Shown here piece by piece: positions 61,150 through 64,000 of a stretch of 64,000 nt of DNA. Every line of letters starts with the position of its first letter. The first letter of the stretch is position 1. The translations under genes and the position numbers were made by a program. The stretch lies in NCBI GenBank assembly GCA_036339465.1, contig JAYZAY010000011.1, positions 121,624-185,623 of the forward strand, in the 5' to 3' direction. The DNA comes from Myxococcota bacterium. GTDB lineage: Bacteria; Myxococcota; XYA12-FULL-58-9; JABJBS01. Under the pieces are notes generated by a model. That model searched no databases, had not been told where the DNA came from, and worked only from the letters and a program-made list of their open reading frames with translations.

Positions 61150-62931
61150 TTAAGTGTCGTGTTTTTTCATAAGAGTGTGCAGTGCAATTTCGGCGGCTCT
61201 CTTGGAATCTTGAGAACTTCCGAAACTTGTCGATAATTTTTCGAGCATTGGAATTGCTTTTTCCTTCAATAGGTAAGGGAGGATTTGAATCGCGACGATT
61301 TTTTCCGTCCGCCTCGACCCAGCGCTGATTCGGTCATTCACTCTGATTCGGTTATTTATGAGTTCCAGAGTTTTGCTGGGATTTATGGTGGCCAAAGTGA
61401 AAAAGGAACTTTTTATTTCATCTTCAGTTTTCTTTTTGAAATCATTGGATTCTATAACGGCGATGAGTTTTTCATTGGCGGGTTGGTATTTGGTGTTACT
61501 GATGATTGCGAGGGCGGCTTGTCTGATTTTAATTGTTTCATCTTCGAGAGCTTTTGTTGCCAGTGGCCCGGCGAGTTTCGGTGAAAGTCTTGCTGCGGAT
61601 TGTAGGGCACAGAGCCTAATGGATTCGTTCGTATGGGTGCTGAAACGAATGATGGGTTTGGTGGCATCTGCTTTGAGGTATTTTACCAGTGCAAGGATAT
61701 AGTCTGTCGTGCTTTCTGGCTGTAAATCGGGGGTGTAGTCTTGAAGAAATTGTTGGCATTCTGGCTTGATGGCCAGGATGTTGTGTCGAAAGAGTCGAAG
61801 AGGCGTGATTGAATCGGAACCAATTATTTCCGTGAGGATGAGCTGTTGGGTTTCTCCTGACAAGGCGCTCCATATCTCGTTCCAGCCTTCATGTGATTTT
61901 TGAGGACTGGTGAGGCCAATAACAAAATTTGTACTAATCGTTTGTCTTAACTTTTCGGGGAGCGTGTTTTCCGTTTGGGTTTTTCGCTGGAGTACTTCGA
62001 GTCTTTTCAGAAGGACGACGGCTTGGCGTATTTTAGGCTCGTGTAGCCAGGAGCTTAAAAGACTCGAGAGTGCATTCTGAATACCCAGGAGCTCGGTTTT
62101 TGTTGTGTCTGATTGGATGCTGCTTAGAAGGGCTTGCGCAAAGATGGTTTCGCATTTTGTATCGTTTGCATCTAATTCAGTCGCCAATTGGTCAGAAGTT
62201 ATATTGGGAAGTTCGATAAGAGCATCTTTCCTGTGTTTTTGTTTTTCTGTACGTGAAAAATCTTGAAGCAATTGTATGTTTTCAGATTGGAATTTGGCAT
62301 CACGATATTGACTGGTCCATGCGTAGAACTCTTCGTCATCTCGGATGAGTTTTGCGAGACTTTGAGCGATGGCGTCTTCTACACCTAGGCCTTTCCATAG
62401 TTGGTTGATAGATTTGCTGGAAACATCTTGGAATTTCATTCGAATGTTTGCGAGATCTAGGTCCCACAGAAGATTGGCGGGGCTATTTTCTAGGGAAGAA
62501 AAGTTGCGCGTTGTAAGTACGTGGGCGAATTGTTCTAGCTCTGATTTAGAGACGCCTCGTGCGAAAATAAGGCTCTCTACCAGGTCACTTAGCAAATCTC
62601 GGAGGGGGTTACCATCGAGGTCCTCGAAGATGATGGCGGGTGCGCCCATGTAGGCGATATGTCTTGGGTGGAGCTCAAAAGTGACACTGTCATGATGTTC
62701 AAAAGCACGACTTAAACTCTCTAGGAGTTGAGCGGATATTCGGAGGGTTGAATTGTGTTCTTTAGAATAGAGTAAATAGGTTTTTAGGTACGTACACAGG
62801 TTCTGGGCTGCTTTCGAAGCGATATCGAAATAGTCGGAATGGTCTGTGGTATCTTCGCCGTGATTGCCCATCGATAAAATTGTATCTTGGACATGTGAGT
62901 GGAGCAATGCCCCTATGCTTGAGGCTTCCAT
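61150..62931 (-). CDS. HEAT-repeat protein
   Basis: N-terminal LY...H motif, LLWDLDL..I, C-terminal HEAT repeats (ALEDETIKIRQAAL). Confidence 0.7.
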   Translation of the reverse strand: MEASSIGALLHSHVQDTILSMGNHGEDTTDHSDYFDIASKAAQNLCTYLKTYLLYSKEHNSTLRISAQLLESLSRAFEHHDSVTFELHPRHIAYMGAPAIIFEDLDGNPLRDLLSDLVESLIFARGVSKSELEQFAHVLTTRNFSSLENSPANLLWDLDLANIRMKFQDVSSKSINQLWKGLGVEDAIAQSLAKLIRDDEEFYAWTSQYRDAKFQSENIQLLQDFSRTEKQKHRKDALIELPNITSDQLATELDANDTKCETIFAQALLSSIQSDTTKTELLGIQNALSSLLSSWLHEPKIRQAVVLLKRLEVLQRKTQTENTLPEKLRQTISTNFVIGLTSPQKSHEGWNEIWSALSGETQQLILTEIIGSDSITPLRLFRHNILAIKPECQQFLQDYTPDLQPESTTDYILALVKYLKADATKPIIRFSTHTNESIRLCALQSAARLSPKLAGPLATKALEDETIKIRQAALAIISNTKYQPANEKLIAVIESNDFKKKTEDEIKSSFFTLATINPSKTLELINNRIRVNDRISAGSRRTEKIVAIQILPYLLKEKAIPMLEKLSTSFGSSQDSKRAAEIALHTLMKKHDT

Positions 62932-63302
62932 GTTCTCTCTTTCATTTGGTGGGGCGGGCTTGGGTGTTGTTTGGAAGGAGGTTATTTTCTCGGCTTGATT
63001 CGGAGACTCATTGTCGTTGACATTGTGTTTGTTTGCTCTGGCGATTGTATTTTCAAGTTAGAGTTCTCCGGTGTCATCTGGTTTCAAGAGACCGCATTTT
63101 AGGTTTCCTCATGGGGCTCAGGCCAGAAACGGTGAGGGTTGGCGTAAACCTAGGATCCCCCTGGTTGTGAGTGAGAGAATTGACTACAAAGGGTGAGGTG
63201 GGACTACGGCGAGGGTTGTTATGAAAAATTTCATTGCTAGGAAGGATTCCCCGGAATGGGGGATTCTCTCAATCCATACGGTAAATTTGGGTTTGAGAAA
63301 AT

Positions 63303-63329
63303 AATGACATAAGCTTAAAGTATGTCATT
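63303..63329. promoter_or_regulatory. 9-9-9 inverted repeat, candidate operator
   Basis: AATGACATA-N9-TATGTCATT in the divergent intergenic region. Confidence 0.5.
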
Positions 63330-63377
63330 GTCGCTTAAGGCCAACGCTCAGAGAAAGAGCTTCCGAGAGTATCCTTT

Positions 63378-64000
63378 ATGGCTGTGAATATCCTAATTTT
63401 GAACGATACAGAGAAGAGCCTCGATCCCATGGTGGAGGGGTTGGTCAAAGCGGGATATACGCCTTATCAGACAGTCAACGCGGATGATTGTATCGACCAA
63501 TTTGATGTTGTTAAACCAAAAGCCCTATTTTTAAGTCTAAAAACCATTGGTGCTTTGGATTCTCTTCAGGTTATTCGGATGGATCCAAATGGCGCTGACA
63601 TTCCCATCTATTTCACCGGCGATGGTTCCGAAGGAGTCAAAAATACGGGTGCGGCCCAGCAGAGGGGAGGGGATGATTTTCTCAAATTACCGATCGATTT
63701 AGGCGTTCTAGCGAGTAAATTGAAGTCGCAAATAGGAGGAGAGCAAGATGGTTCGGCAGAGGTTCCCGAAGGATTGGGAGACTCTGTCTTAGTTGCAGAA
63801 AGAGATGTCGCCCCAGAACCGGAGTCCGCACCAGAACCGGAGTCCGCCCCAGAACCGGAGCCCGCCCCAGAACCGGATCCCGCCCCAGAACCCGATCCCC
63901 CCCCACAACCCGATACCCCCCCCCCAACCGGGACCCCCCCCCAAACCCCGCCCCCCCCCCCACACGCGCCCCCCCCCCAAACCCCCCCCCCCCCCCCAAC
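63378..64000 (+). CDS. Atypical receiver-domain protein with Pro/Glu-rich linker; truncated by window end
   Basis: Manual translation MAVNILILND...KPKALFLSL...IPIYF...GGDDFLKLPID followed by APEPES repeats; the phospho-acceptor Asp is replaced by Ser. Confidence 0.72.
   Translation, partial: MAVNILILNDTEKSLDPMVEGLVKAGYTPYQTVNADDCIDQFDVVKPKALFLSLKTIGALDSLQVIRMDPNGADIPIYFTGDGSEGVKNTGAAQQRGGDDFLKLPIDLGVLASKLKSQIGGEQDGSAEVPEGLGDSVLVAERDVAPEPESAPEPESAPEPEPAPEPDPAPEPDPPPQPDTPPPTGTPPQTPPPPPHAPPPQTPPPPP
63810..63899 (+). repeat. Five tandem 18-bp units encoding APEP(E/D)(S/P)
   Basis: GCCCCAGAACCGGAGTCC-like units that decay into poly-C after ~63900. Confidence 0.85.

Noticed and set aside
63303..63329. 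Resemblance to CIRCE (9-9-9 layout)
   Set aside because: Arms do not match TTAGCACTC/GAGTGCTAA and no chaperone genes are adjacent
63810..63899. Tandem repeats as a possible CRISPR array
   Set aside because: Units are contiguous without spacers, in frame within a CDS, and no cas genes are present
63900..64000. Poly-C/Pro-rich tail and the Gly-rich minus-strand ORFs (63682-63999, 63789-63980)
   Set aside because: Progressive decay of the 18-bp repeat into C runs looks like low-quality contig-end sequence; the minus ORFs are shadows of it

Overview
Gene-dense bacterial chromosomal window, probably running into a contig end (the last ~100 nt decay into poly-C). The gene content points to a Myxococcota/deltaproteobacterial-type organism; this is inference from the pilB/C, pilA-G-H-I and pilD genes, a REC-DUF4388 regulator, a Ser/Thr kinase-ATPase-TPR protein, a HEAT + HD-GYP-like pair and a myxobacterial-style ECF/anti-sigma. 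Housekeeping genes include tamB, a partial Omp85/POTRA gene, coaBC, rho, ttcA, ychF, a PduO-type adenosyltransferase, an Fpg-family glycosylase and yigZ. I found no rRNA, tRNA, CRISPR array, integrase or transposase. Notable points: (1) the type IVa pilus locus has intact pilB, pilC, pilD, pilin and pilGHI, but pilT is a collapsed pseudogene lacking its ATPase core. (2) There are two unlinked flagellin genes: a canonical one with a near-consensus sigma28 promoter overlapped by a perfect 17-bp inverted repeat, and one with eroded D0 ends. (3) One ORF fuses an ECF-sigma-like domain to a zinc anti-sigma domain and a membrane anchor. (4) Several gene relics are not visible as single ORFs: a pntA/pntB fusion remnant, a receiver-domain stub with a duplicated promoter, a kinase split by one stop codon, and a frameshifted DUF4114-like gene. 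(5) An 18-bp duplication of the ychF 3' end brackets a DUF2200 gene. All calls come from motif recognition by eye; no searches were run.
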